This document shows positions 39,185 to 53,456 of a stretch of 64,000 bases of DNA, one piece after another (position 1 is the stretch's first letter; every line of letters starts with the position of its first letter). Under the pieces are notes generated by a model. That model had not been told where the DNA came from and ran no database searches. It saw only the letters and a program-made list of their open reading frames with translations. A program made the position numbers and the translations under genes. Origin of the DNA: Bigelowiella natans CCMP2755 (Eukaryota; Protista; Cercozoa); the NCBI GenBank assembly GCA_000320545.1, contig ADNK01001386.1, positions 225,969 to 289,968 on the forward strand. The letters run 5' to 3'.

Positions 39185-39600
39185 ATTTGTACGTCACCGC
39201 TGCCAGCTCATCCTTTCGGTCTTCAGTTGAGGTTGAAACGCCTCCTCCTCCTCCTCCTCCTTCTCCTTTTTTCTCCACACTGTTGCGTCTGTTCTCAGCC
39301 TTGCATAAGGAGAAGAGATCATTATATCTTTTATATACTATATTTACATTTATGGTTTTTATAGATGACATACCTGTACTCCTGCGACCCCTAAGGCAAG
39401 GAGAACTCCTTCTAAATGCCTATTGTTATGATTACTATTGTTACTATAATCGTTATTATTATTTTATTAAGGATTAGCATGGAAAGTACACAGTAGCAGG
39501 ACGGTTAACGTGCCGACTGTTTGTAACAAGAAGGCATATTGAGGTCATTGTGACATAAATTTTACTCTACTGCGTCGTATACACAATCATATTTTTGTAC

Positions 39601-39643
<43 letters not shown>

Positions 39644-41364
39644 AATATTATTGTATATGATATGCATGCTACCGTGGAAGGGCCAGCATGTACGCGATGA
39701 GGAGCTCTGTTAAGGTTACCTAACAAAAGGAGGATTATGCTATATAATTCTAGGTTGCTGATTTAACCAAGGACGGTACTGCAAACATCTTCAGCCATAG
39801 AAATTATTGACATTCACCTTTAATTTGTTTTCCCCCTTCTGCTCTTGTTTATCTTCTTCGTTAGTATTGGTTCTGTTTTTGGATATTCCTCTGTCGTCGT
39901 CATGAAGCTCTTCTGGCATCTTCTTAATCTTGGTATCTTCTTTCACCTCCACAAACCCCCAGTCCTTGGACTAACAGAAGAAATAAGGTTATCCAGAAAA
40001 TGGAGAGAAAAAGAGAATTTAACAAAACAGTGGTAAACTCACAACGATGGCACTACGATCATACTTCGAACTAAAAACATGCAATTTATCACCCCACTCC
40101 ACAGATAAATCGTTCTCAGCGCCGTCAGATTCTCCGTAGCTCCTTCAGTCACAAAATACGCACGCATAAGAGGGATTATGGCCCAAGTTAAAATTCTAGG
40201 TTGTCAGTAGCAAAAAATGTGAGGCATGAACATGCCAAGAGCCGCTTCAGAAATTGGATCTTCGGCGTATGCTTTGCGTTACAATATATGGTATCCGTTG
40301 TGTGTTATTCAGAGATTTTTCTGTTACTATTCTGTGCATAGAAAGCGTCATCATATAACCCTTACTGAATCTTGTTTCAATCAGCACCAGGTTACAATTT
40401 TAATTATTATTACCACCGCCTAATCCTGTCATCGCCGCAGTGTCCTTCCATGCAAACCACATGTAGTATACTCAATGAGGATTATGTGCTATCTTACGAG
40501 AACATCACCAGGGTGATAATGGGTACATTTCATGATGCGGCATCAGATCAATATGAAAAAGAAATTGTGGTAGAAAATACTATGCACCTCTTGCTTTCCC
40601 CTGTTCCGAACAGAAAACTTGCTACTGCTGCTATTATCATTATTTTCCATCATGGCAAGGCGACTGAGAGACGACCAACGACAAGACACGCCTAATTCAT
40701 TCAGATAATAATACGCAAAACAATAACCCAAATTACGAATTCATTTATTTGTTGTTCGAGGAACTGTTAGTAAAGAATCGTGGTTTGCAAGGGGATATGC
40801 CAACATCCAGTTAAAGGAGTATGGCTTGATTTACTTACTTCCTAGTGCTCTGAGAAGGTTGGTGGTGTGACTATAGAACTTATCTAAAGCAGGACAAAGC
40901 GATGTTGGTGATGAATTAGATGGAGAGGAAGCAGCATGGCTGTCTCCAATCACAATTCTCCGTGTGATACTAAGAATATTAGCAAGTTTCTGCGGAGAAA
41001 GGCCGAATTCACTTTGTCTCTTTATGCGAATAGCCTACATCAGAATGTTTCCAAGCCATTAATTTAATCTTAGGAAGTTGTTGAGTATGATCGCATGTTG
41101 CTATTTCAGTGTGTAATAGATATATTATGAGTTTCATGGGGCGGACGCCTATCAGCCGGGGAGAGTGTATTTCTTACGAGTGGAACAAATAAGATAGTCT
41201 TTAATATCTTTATCCGTGCACGAAAGTATATTAAAACCTGTGTGAGCTTGGCTTCCATCAACAGACCTGAAGTGTAAAGACGAGGAAAATTCGTATATAC
41301 GTTCGATAGTAGCGCCATATGACCTATATGCTCACACTTATACGTGACCTTTGTTTGTGTGTAT

Positions 41365-41405
<41 letters not shown>

Positions 41406-42279
41406 TGCGTAAAAATGTTATGGTTTGAAATATTCTTAATCGTAATTCATCAATTTGTCTTCTTCTTCATCTTTATCATCATCATCGCTTCGTTCTGCCT
41501 CCTCATTCTCACTACAACTACCTATCTCAGGATTCCCATCAAATCTGAATAAATGGCCGTTGTCATACATAGCCCCCGAGCAATAAACAAACAGGACAGT
41601 AGAAAACGAAAATTAGCAACGGCAAAGAAGGCAGTGGACTCGAACTTGAGTAATTTTGTGTGTGAAAAGCAGCACGACAAGAGTGGTTTTTCTGTACACA
41701 CACGCACACACACGCGCACACACACGCGCGCACGCGCATAAGACTACATCTAATAGAAAATTCATAATGATGATGTCGATGAGGAGCATCCAACCCAATT
41801 TGAAGGAGGGGTGGGCAGCGGGCAAGGAGATCTTGAAGCAATCGTGCTGATGAGTCGCTGAGGGTACACCTTCCTAGATCAAGATCCGTAAGAGCTGACT
41901 GTGAGAAAAATGACGAAACCTCTTTGCCCTCAACCATCTCTTCATCGGTATCTCCTCTTTCCTCCATTTTCATGTCCACGTCAATCATCTTAGATTGTAT
42001 GCCCTGCTCGTCTTCTCCTTCCTTCTCCTTCATTTTCTCCTCATAGTTATCATTGCAGTCTTTGTTGCGACTTCTTTTGCTACTACTATTATTGCTAATT
42101 TCGCTGCCATGGACCGCCGGCACTCCTAATGCAAAGTGGATGCGCGGATAATGGAGAGAAGAAATACTCGTCATAAATACTCGTCCTTTGTCATCACTGT
42201 TTATCATCATCCATCCGTCAGTCCCTCTAATGCCCTACCCCCTCTTCTCTCTCTCTCCCTCTCTCTCTTAAACACACAT

Positions 42280-42315
<36 letters not shown>

Positions 42316-43022
42316 CATATTCGTATACTAGAGGTGGTTTTACCGAGTTTACCTCCTGCCGCAGTGGTGTTATCGTTTGATGCAGAGGAAACAGCACCAA
42401 CCATCTGCGTCGTTGTTCCTTCGATTTCTTCTTCTCCTTCTTCTTCTTCTTCTTCGTCTTCTTCTGCCTTGACAACTGCCATAAACGGATTGCGGCTGCT
42501 GCGAATACTGGCAATTAACTCTTGAGCGCCTTTTTTTCAAGGAGAGAACAAACAATGTTAACAAGATATAATCAAAGGTATTATCTGATGTTAGTTGGAC
42601 AGCTTCCAAATACATGCTATCCTACTTGGTTGCAAGAACGGTTCGGTTTATTGCACATCACAGTGCTGAGCATTATTTCCCTATCGTACTTTCCTCTTTC
42701 TCCTCCCCTTCCTCTCATAATTAGGAGCATACAAACCAGTGTCAGTGATGAGGGGATTGGAGCGGAGAGATATTCTCGTAAGGGTCGTGTTGACTTCGAG
42801 AGCCCTATAGAGCAGAAATTATCGTGTTAGTATGATTTTCACTATGTAAGACCTGTGAGAAGCGGATAGGTTAGTGGTGGTGATGACGATGACGATGACG
42901 ATTATGATAATGATAATGATAATGATGGTGATTGAAAAAGCTAAAAAGGGATCTATGTTGAACCATATTTACACCTTTCGAGAAGAATGAAGAAAAATTA
43001 ATTTGGGAAGAGTATCATTATA

Positions 43023-43096
<74 letters not shown>

Positions 43097-43514
43097 TAAA
43101 GTGCAAGAATGTGACCGTCCAATTTCGCTTGCAGCGAAGTCATTGAAACAGTTGTGAGAAAGATCCACAACCTTAATAGATAATGAATACACGTATCACA
43201 TAACACGAAAAATCCTAAGTTTTATGTTATGGTTTTCGTTATTTACTATCTCCGATTAAGGTAATTGCACTGAATCAAGACTGCAAAAACATGCATGGAG
43301 AGCATGAAGAGATAGCATGAAATTCAGGACTTTAAGGGAAGGATGAAGTTCTATAATTTGGGCGATCCAAAGGGCTGCGTCTTCTCCAAGCATGTTGCGA
43401 GACAGATTCAGCTTCAAAATACAGATAATAATCAAATTAAAATTCAGAATGGAATGTGACCTTTCCATCTCTCTCACACAGGATTTACATCCATGACGCC
43501 CACACACATACAAC

Positions 43515-43552
<38 letters not shown>

Positions 43553-43783
43553 TCCACGTCGTATATCTTGTAATAACACATGAAGCCAATATAGAAACCA
43601 CCTCTTGTAATACATTTGCCCTTGTGAGAAGTGCAAGAGAGCTGGAAAAGCTCTGAGAGAGTCGCAAGAGATTTCCGGACAGACTTAAACACTCGATACA
43701 GCCCAAGCGAGTCTCCAACTGAACCTCAAGCTCTCTAACGATCTCTTCCGACTTGCGCTTGTCCTCACGATACTAAAGCAGCA

Positions 43784-43858
<75 letters not shown>

Positions 43859-44526
43859 ACCATGTGTGCTTCCATGCAAGTGATACGAACAAAAGTAACA
43901 ATGCATAAATATGTAATATATAATGGGCTAATCATCAGAACCAAAATACCACAAGAGAGCGTCCTGCCTCTAAAATGGAAGGGGAAATATTGTCGTCGTT
44001 GTTATCATGCATGGTCATGATCATCATGACGTCATCATGATACCGTCGGTATAATCAGTCCATCGGGTGTGTTCAACATAAGATTACGCCTCTTCCGCTC
44101 GCCCATATACCTAGCATTTATTTGGTTATTCAGATCATCCACAAAGATCAGCCCTTTAATGAATTATTCGAAATTAGACGGAATGTATAGTAGCTTTTAT
44201 CCATGCAGGTCCTCACTCGTAGATCCTGCGGTGGCTGTCAGGAGAAATATCGAAGTTGTACTCGAGAGCAAGGTCAATCAGAGTCCTATTCCTTAAGGGG
44301 GAGAAACGATGTGTCATATTTGTAATTATTGAATATATGGGTGTAAAAGTGAGTGATGCATGCGTCTGTGCGTGTGTGTGCGTGAGAGAATGTGAGAGAG
44401 GGAGAGAGCTAAAGAAAACTGTTACTTTTCGAGGGCCTCAAAGAGGAAGTCAATGATCTTGTCCTGAATATTTACATAATTTTGTATGAACTATTTACTA
44501 ATGTTCAGCAGGCGATTGTTCATGTA

Positions 44527-44590
<64 letters not shown>

Positions 44591-44984
44591 TAAGATATTC
44601 ATTTTGACGAATGAGTTGGATTGTAGAATCAGTATGATATGTTTTAGGATGCTGATTGATGATGATGATGATGATGATGCTGATTTATACCTGTAATCCG
44701 CACTGCAGTAAATGTAGAGAGCTGATCGACATGTACGAGAAGATGAATACTTACACAAATTTAAACAAAGCAGGAGTGCATATGCATAGTACTATTACTT
44801 ATGATGTAAGACGACATGAACTGTACCGTAGCGAGATATTCGTTTCAAGTGAAAGGCAAATCCCTATTGTATTGCATGAGTATATTATACGCAGCACACA
44901 ATCCTTTACTGAATACTTATCAAAACGACGCCCATATAGATAATACAATGTGTGCATCGTTCCCGCCCCCCTGTCCCTCCTTCA

Positions 44985-45030
<46 letters not shown>

Positions 45031-45554
45031 CGATCGAAGACGTTGTAGGCGACTGCCCAATTCACAGACCGACAGCTCCCTGCATTCCCAAGCGATTATT
45101 GTTCAGTACTAGGCGCGAGAGCGTTGAATTGTCGGAAATAGCCTGAAGGAAAAAGACTGTGTGTGCTTGTGATAGATCCTTAAGTTTGCCGTATCAACGA
45201 TCGTGTTGTGTATGTGTGCATGCGCGTATCTGAAGATACATGAGAAAGCTTTTTCGCTCCGATATAAGTCAGGCCGTTCTTTGCCAAGTCTAGGGCCTGA
45301 TTCCAACACGGTGGGAGGGGGGAGGAATAATATGTGAGCGAATGCTAGTGTGCCTTTCACATACTGCTGGATATAAGTTATTATCATCATCATCAACGTC
45401 GTCGTCATCAGAACTTATTGAAACGATGAGATAGACGTACAAATCCCCTCAATAATAATTATTACTTGCAAAGAGCACGCAGGTGAAGTTAGTAGCTCTG
45501 CGATGGGGACAATGATCTGTGTGCATTATAAAGATATCATCATTTCAGATACAC

Positions 45555-45586
<32 letters not shown>

Positions 45587-46170
45587 TCTCTCCCTCTCAC
45601 TTTTGAGTTTACACACATAGTAGAAGTATTATCTGTGTAATTTCACATTGTATTACCTCATCGCCTAACATGCAACCATCCACGGCGAGACTAACCAACC
45701 GTGTGCAGTTGTGAAGGGACGATAACATCGTCCGCGCTCGCATGCTTTTAACCTAATTTCACATTATTTTGTTAGGAGATAGTGATGAATCTCGCCGACG
45801 GAAAATAAAATAAGGGGCAACAATTATAATTGCCTTGCCAATGTCTTTAGATCTTAGTTTTAGCTCCAGCAGCATACGAGCCTGACGATGCAAGAAGCAA
45901 CAAAATCTAAGCAAAGAAAGCCGACACAGCACAAGAATGCAACTTGTGCTAAAATGACGATTGAACTAAGGAGATATTACCCTTGTCTCAATGCAGTTTG
46001 ATATTTCTTGTGGGCTGATCTTGCAGCTCATCCCCTCTGTTTGAGCACCATCTCCTACCAGAGCGCTGGATGAAATTATCATGTGGTTTCGACGAATGTT
46101 CTCGATCGACCTGAAACATCATACGTGCTCCTCTTACGATATTGCATTTGGACGAGTATAAACAGCCACA

Positions 46171-46223
<53 letters not shown>

Positions 46224-46424
46224 ATCTTATTCTAAACATACAAACACAGTTTGATAGGTGATAATCTTACTTGATCTTTGTGCTATAGAGAGCATTATTG
46301 CAGTCATGCAAATAGGCCATTTTCAGCATGCGTACCGCCGCATCAAAATCGCCTAAGAATGATACAAAGATGTTCATTATGAAAAAACATAAATATTTAT
46401 AAGTACCACCACAAAGAGTAACAT

Positions 46425-46457
<33 letters not shown>

Positions 46458-47189
46458 ATTAGATCCCATCGCTTACCTTTGAGCTGCATTTTCTTGGCTC
46501 GTTTGACCAACATTTTTGCCAAAGGATTTACAACTTCTGAAGCCAACGTCGTCTACATTGCAAACAACCAAAAGAGGAAAGAAAGGAGCAAGTAGGGAAT
46601 AATCTCACACTATGATGCATATTCGTTCGTATCACAGATTGAGAACAGACCTCCTGAGAGCTTTCCTGCTGACGATTCATCGACTCGAAAGACTACGAGC
46701 CAAGGATAAGAAAGATTACCAAAACCATCAGAAAATCGCAAAATCAACACAAAGAATCTCTGCGTTCCTATCGATTTCGAAGAGGAAGAAACTAATAAGA
46801 CATTGCGCACTCCAATGGCTTCCCCCAACCTTCTCTCCCCAACATGATTGACCTGTATTGCAGTTATCATCTCCTGCATCGTGGTCCTCTTCTTCGAATC
46901 GTTTTCTGAACGAACCTGTAACCAAAGTCAATTAAAGCGTGCAAATCAACGAAATAAATACGACATCAGCTGGGGAAAAAACCATTTGTTTGTTGAAAGA
47001 ATTAACAGCATAAAAGGAATGGACGTTTGCTATGTGCGGATTGAAGGTGAGGAGGATTACCATGTAAAGGTCCAAGAGTGAGAGAGCTTCTTTCTGCTTT
47101 CCACTTTTCATGTAGACATCGATACGTTGCTGGCAGCGTTCCTTACGCGCTTCCTTAAGCTCTGAAGATGTTACATAGAGACGAAAAAG

Positions 47190-47224
<35 letters not shown>

Positions 47225-48185
47225 TAACTCATATGCAATTCATCAAACATCAAAACAGCCAATTTTTACCCTTTAACAATTCTAGTCGCCGTGCAATTTG
47301 GAGTTGTTGTATCCCCTGAAGAATCTCCTCTTCTCTATTCTTCCTCAAAGCATCAAGAGTAGTCTGTTCGTTCTCTAGTTTAGCAGCGCGATTTCCGAGT
47401 CCAAACATTCTCATCAGCTTACCTCCTCTCTTACCTTAAAAGTGAAAGAATATATAGATTTTAAGAGCGAAATCAATGACCATGATCTTTTCATGAGACA
47501 AACTCATAAGAGCACTGTCATTTTTTGTGCGGAGATATGTGCAGCAATGCTGCATGATGACCCTTGCCTTTCTTGGACCGCGATCTAGATCTGGACTTGG
47601 AGCGTGCTTCATCATCATATCTACGGACAATACCAGCAGCATGCGTTCTCATCATCATTTATACGTCGAGATCGGCACAAATTGCTCTCAATGGTACTTG
47701 ATGCTAACATTGAACATAGCTGAGTACAAGCAGTCTCTCCACCTTGTTAGACCAGAGGCTGCTCTCTGACTAGAAAATGGACCCCTTTGCGTAGCAACCA
47801 GCACCAGCATCGAAAAATCAGCATTATGAGGTTATGAATCAACATATAATTATAATACCCATATAATAACCACACGGGTATTACATTGAACTAACCTTGA
47901 AGCATCCTCGACATAGTAGCGCCAATGCGTTGTATTGACCATATTTTCCAATCTACGCACAAAAATCGCTACCCTCCCCTCTCCGGTACCTGCTACCATG
48001 AAAAAGTCAACGAGAGAGGAGTAGAGAGGGAGGGAGGAAAGGGGTAAATATTCTGCAAAACAATACCGATTTCATGGTGTATGCGTCCTCCTCCTCCTCC
48101 TCCTCCTATATCTCCGTCTATGTCCTTTATTCCGGGAGGTTCAAGATGAAGAGACTCGATTACTTGCTTGCCTGATACACACACG

Positions 48186-48226
<41 letters not shown>

Positions 48227-48275
48227 CAAACGTTACATGTGCAAAATTTGGTTGTGCGTGTGTGTGTATGTGTAT

Positions 48276-48311
<36 letters not shown>

Positions 48312-48598
48312 ATGATGGATGGGGTATTATTCGGTGGGCTAGTACTTTGCTGCAAGATCTGAATGCAAACAGTTTGCAGTTCGATAAGACTGAAGGATAC
48401 AAACAAGAACAATAATAAAATACAACTTAAGAACAGTTTCTGTATCTATTATCCCCCCGCTCTCTCTCTCCCTCACTCTCCCCTCCCCTTTTCTCACTCC
48501 ATGATCTTTCACACACACACACACACACAATACGTACCCCTGAAGAGCGTTCCGCGCCTCACTGCTTATTGTTTGGATCATGATTCGACCTGAAATAG

Positions 48599-48638
<40 letters not shown>

Positions 48639-50163
48639 TTAAATTACAACATTGTAGCACCGGCATGTGAAATCTTGTGTTATTTTATGTGCATCATTCT
48701 AACCAACTGCGAGATTGGACGCCCAAACATGAAGCTCATCGCTCGTGAGCAAGTTGTCGTTGTTGTCAAGAGATGTAGTAGGTGCTGATATGCCAGTAGT
48801 CGTAGACTCGTCGTTCTCCTCATTTTTCATATCAAGCCTCGACGAGTCCTCGGATTCAGATAGTAATATCCCTTGATGGCGTTTGTCTTCCTTTCCTTCT
48901 CGACTCTCTTTCTCTGTCGCCCTCCCCTCACTATCCTCCCCTGCAGTTTCTCCCGCATGATCAGAATCATTTATCATAGTCGCTTTTTTTCTATTTTCCA
49001 TTCCATTATTAGATTGCTCATTTTGTTGCTTGGGTCGTGCCTCCCTCCGTCGCCCACGCCATTTCCTACTATTCTTCTTCTTCTTCTGCTGCTGCTGCTG
49101 GAGGCGTTTTTCGTTGTTCGCCGTTTGCAGAAGTTGGTCCAGACGATTTACTTGTGCCTTTGCAAACTGCTCTATACTCTGTAGCACACTCACAAGTTCG
49201 AAGATCACCTAAGATTGTTTTCGGGGTGGGTGGTTTGTCGTCGTTATCATCAGCTTCAGCATCACAAAACGCATGTTTCTTCACATGTGCTAATATGCGT
49301 GACGTGATAGGTCTTCCTTATTAAAAACGCCAGCGTGTTAGTTTATCTTTCTAACGAAAGGGATATAGCGTATAAATGGTCAACTTATTTGATAGAAGCA
49401 GTGTTTTTGGTTGATTTGTTGTTTGCAGACACACGCACACATAGACGCATTAGTAGAACGAACAATGCAATATTAATCGCATGCGATCAGACTTTTCCAA
49501 CTTATATAACATCGAATCTATACGCATCATCGCCATAAAAACTGCTATTTCATCAACTGTTACTTTGTTGGCAAGTGTTGTCCACTTGAGAATGCCTTGA
49601 CAAGCTAGTTTCACATCTTCCCATTCCCAGCACATCTCTACTTCCTGATCCCTTTTCCAAGCAGTAGCATCGCCTTCATAATTTTCTGATTTTGATGCTG
49701 TAGAAGCTGTTGGAGGTGATGAAGAGTAGGCAGCTGCTATTTTCTGCTTCCGGTCATCAGCCTAAAGAAGCAATGTGCAATTTGGGCAGGGCAGGTATTA
49801 ACTCGAATATCACAATTATGGCCTAGTGTTCGCATTCTCAAATACTTAGTAGCAGTCTAAATTTCACCTTGGAATTGTAATTTTCGATATCATCATCATC
49901 TTCATCATCGTCGTCTTCCTCATCACTTTTCTCCTCCTCCTTCTCGACAAGAAATGTCACCATTATCGTTCCAGCTTTGGTGTCTGACGGTGTAGTAGTA
50001 GTAGTAGTACATGTGCGCAGTGCGTCAGTATGTTTCTGCCTCTACTCATCAGTTTGTATCTGTGGGGGATAGTTCAGATAACCGCGAGCATCTTTCAGCG
50101 ACTCTGCTAACATGTCGAAGGTGCTCTCATCCGTAACGTCTGAGTGGACGAATGAAACAACAC

Positions 50164-50206
<43 letters not shown>

Positions 50207-53200
50207 GAACCGTGCAAATCATGTTAGAATTGAACAGACGATAGAATTATTCTGAAAACAACAATAAAAACTCCCCACGTACGTCCCAAACACATGCACA
50301 ATGATAAGCTCGCACTGAATGTAGCACGTGATAAACAAGTACGCAGCAGTGAATACGACCCAAGGATGCTTTTAAGTGACACTCATATCAGCATACCTTT
50401 TTCATTGACCAACTCGATCTGCCAACCGCTTGTAACACCTTCCACCGCATTAAGATGATAAAAGAGAAAATGATAACTGACATGAGGATGCTACTCTAGC
50501 TACAGCAAGGCTTGATCGGAAGACTCTGAACCAATGCTTGGAACTTCTATTTCCCTTTTAATGATGAAACAAAACAAAATATACCTACCTTGTCTCTTAG
50601 CTTGTGACTCTGGTCTGACGTCAGTTATAATCCTGCCATCAAGTTGGAAGCCAAGCGGTTCTTCCGAAGAGAACTCAATTACTTTCCTTGCCGTTGCCAT
50701 TAATAAAGGTTGATCCGTGCTCGCCTCCTTATGCATCAAGATACACGGAAAGGAATATCAGAAATAATATACACACATGCAACAATTCTGTCTTTATGCC
50801 TCTAAACAGCTATAGCGGTACTTTTAAACAGCAGAACTACTAAATCATTGATCTTCCATATGTTATTTACATACACTTCTCTGGTGCGATACGCTTGTTT
50901 CGACCACTGAGTTTACAGCTTCCTGCTTTTTCTTCGTCTCAGAATTACTATGTGCTTTTGCGGGAGTCTCGACGATGATAGGTGCTGCTACTTTCTGAGT
51001 AGATATCGTAGAGCTAATTCAGCATTTATCTTACCCAAAACAATCTGAATAGCTGGAAACTGTACTCATATTTTTAGTGCTTTCAGTTTCTCTCTTCTAG
51101 ACCTTTGATGCAGGCTTCTTTTTGCGTCTAAAGATATTGAACAAACTACGGCGACGGGGTCTGTTTTTAATCTAAGAGCAAGGGTAAAAGAAAAAGTTTA
51201 TTGGCATCCCTTGATTCCACGTGTATTTGACTTAAAAATGAGTGAAGAAAACACAAACTATGGTGAAATGGCTGTTTTGCAGTTCGGAGTTCATTATGTG
51301 TCGATATTGTTACTGTTGTTCTAGTTGATTACTGTTACTGTCGCCTCCTCCTCGATGGCTCCCTTGTCTTTGTCCTCATTATCTCTGTCAACCTCCTCAT
51401 CATCATCGTTATTATCATCACTATCATCATCCTCATCATCGTCATCATTATGATCATTTTTGTTGCCGGTGTCGCCGTCCTTGCCTTCTTTATCATGACC
51501 GATTTCTTCCTTAATGGGGTTGGTCTCTTCTTCCGGGAATTCCTTGTAGATCTGTGAGCTTCTCGTTGTATAGTCGATAATGCAAGTAAGCCACGCCCTT
51601 GCCGCACTCTGCAATACATACATACCACCCATACATGGAAAGGGCACACAGAGAGAGAGAAAAGATAGAGGGAGGAAGGGGAGAAAGAGAGAGGGGGGAA
51701 GGGGAGAAAAAGAGAGAGAGAGGGAGGGAGAGAGATACAATTATACTAAGCCCGCTACCGGCAAAACGTGCAAAACATAATAAGAAAGGAAGGGAGTGTC
51801 TGAGACCTCGGTCGGTGCACGAAGAACATGACGGACATTGCCAATGACAGTCACAACGATGCCTGATCATATTGGTTCATACAATAATACGCCAAATAGT
51901 AGTCATGCATTGCAAATAATGTTGCCAAATGTGCAAAGCGGAGAAAATCTTGAAGTGAGAATAGAGGAGCTCTTTTACTTAAAGCCTACCTGTAGGCCTT
52001 CCTCTCTCTTCATGGGCTTCGATATCGGCATTTATTGCAATGGACCCTAGTTTCTGCGTTGAGTTGGTTGTTCTGCAATCCACATACACATAATGTAAGG
52101 AGAGGCAAAAAGAGACAAAAGAACGTCAATCACACCCCCCCTCCCAATCTTCTTCCGCTTTGTAAAAAAAATCATCGTCACCTCCACCAAGCGAGTTCGG
52201 CTGAATGCTTCTCTGCATCCCACAATAGCCGGTAGTAACGTGTGCGAATGATTTTATCCCCAGATTTTGGCTCTAAAATTCTAGAAAACGCGCACATATA
52301 AAAGGGTTCAAAAAATCCATCATTCACACACTTTGAATATATTTTGTATAAACTGTACAATGGATAAGATAGAGTAGTAAAGTTTGGTAGTGCGAACGGA
52401 CTCAAAGTTTTGCCTCTAGCACCCCCTCATTTCCTCCTTACCCTTCTCTTATAACGGTAGGCCTTCTTTGCCTCATCCTCTTCTTCAGTCCTTCTGATGT
52501 GCCATCAGAACTTTTGGAGGTGATGGGGGATAGTTCTGACGTTGATTCCGAGGCTATTTCATGGAGCGCATACATATTCCTGATGAGAGAATTTGTAGTG
52601 TTCAACATCAGAGTACCAAGTTTGGAGACTGTAGTGTCGTTTCAGACGAAGAAGAATCGAGGGTTGAGAGATTTAGAGGCAAACGTACGCTGTTATGATG
52701 CTCGAGTCTGCAATTAGGCCATAGCATGCGCGGACCTAGAAACGAGACATCATTAAAAAAATGCGATTGCCACTGTACAAAGTAATGTTGGAGAACAAAC
52801 GCACCGCTGAGATAATTCTGGAAGTTGGTGCTTTTAGAATTGGAATATCATCTTCAACGTTTGCGTTTAAAGTCTCGGCCATGAAAGGATTCAGTCTAAA
52901 TTTAAGTGATGAACATGTGAATAGTTAAGTGCGAGTGCACCTCTATCACTCTCGCCTTCTACCATCCCCTCCGCCCTCTCTACATCCTCCTGCATCTCCT
53001 ACCTTGTTGCATCATTCCTTGTGGCGGCACTTAGTTTTACAAAGGACAGGTTCTTGGAAGAAGTGACTTGTGTTGTGTTTATTGCATTGGTGGAGGGAGA
53101 AGATGATGTCATCATATTCGTAGTATCTACATCTGTCATCATCGTCCCACTCGTTGTTGTTGTTGTTGTTGTTGCTTCTTCGATCAGAGCTTGAAATTCT

Positions 53201-53418
53201 GGCATGCGTGCTAACGCCATACGGAATCCGCGAGCATACGTATCTCCTACTTCTGTGGAGGACTTCGTCCCCACCTCCTGATTTTCCCCAATTTCTTCTT
53301 CTTCTTCTCCTTCATGATCCAGATCTTTGGAATTCTTTCCGTCCTGCCCACGGTATCTATTCTTAGAATGATTGCATGACAAAGCGAGTGTATGGTAGTT
53401 TGGTATGTTGTTGTGTAT

Positions 53419-53456
<38 letters not shown>

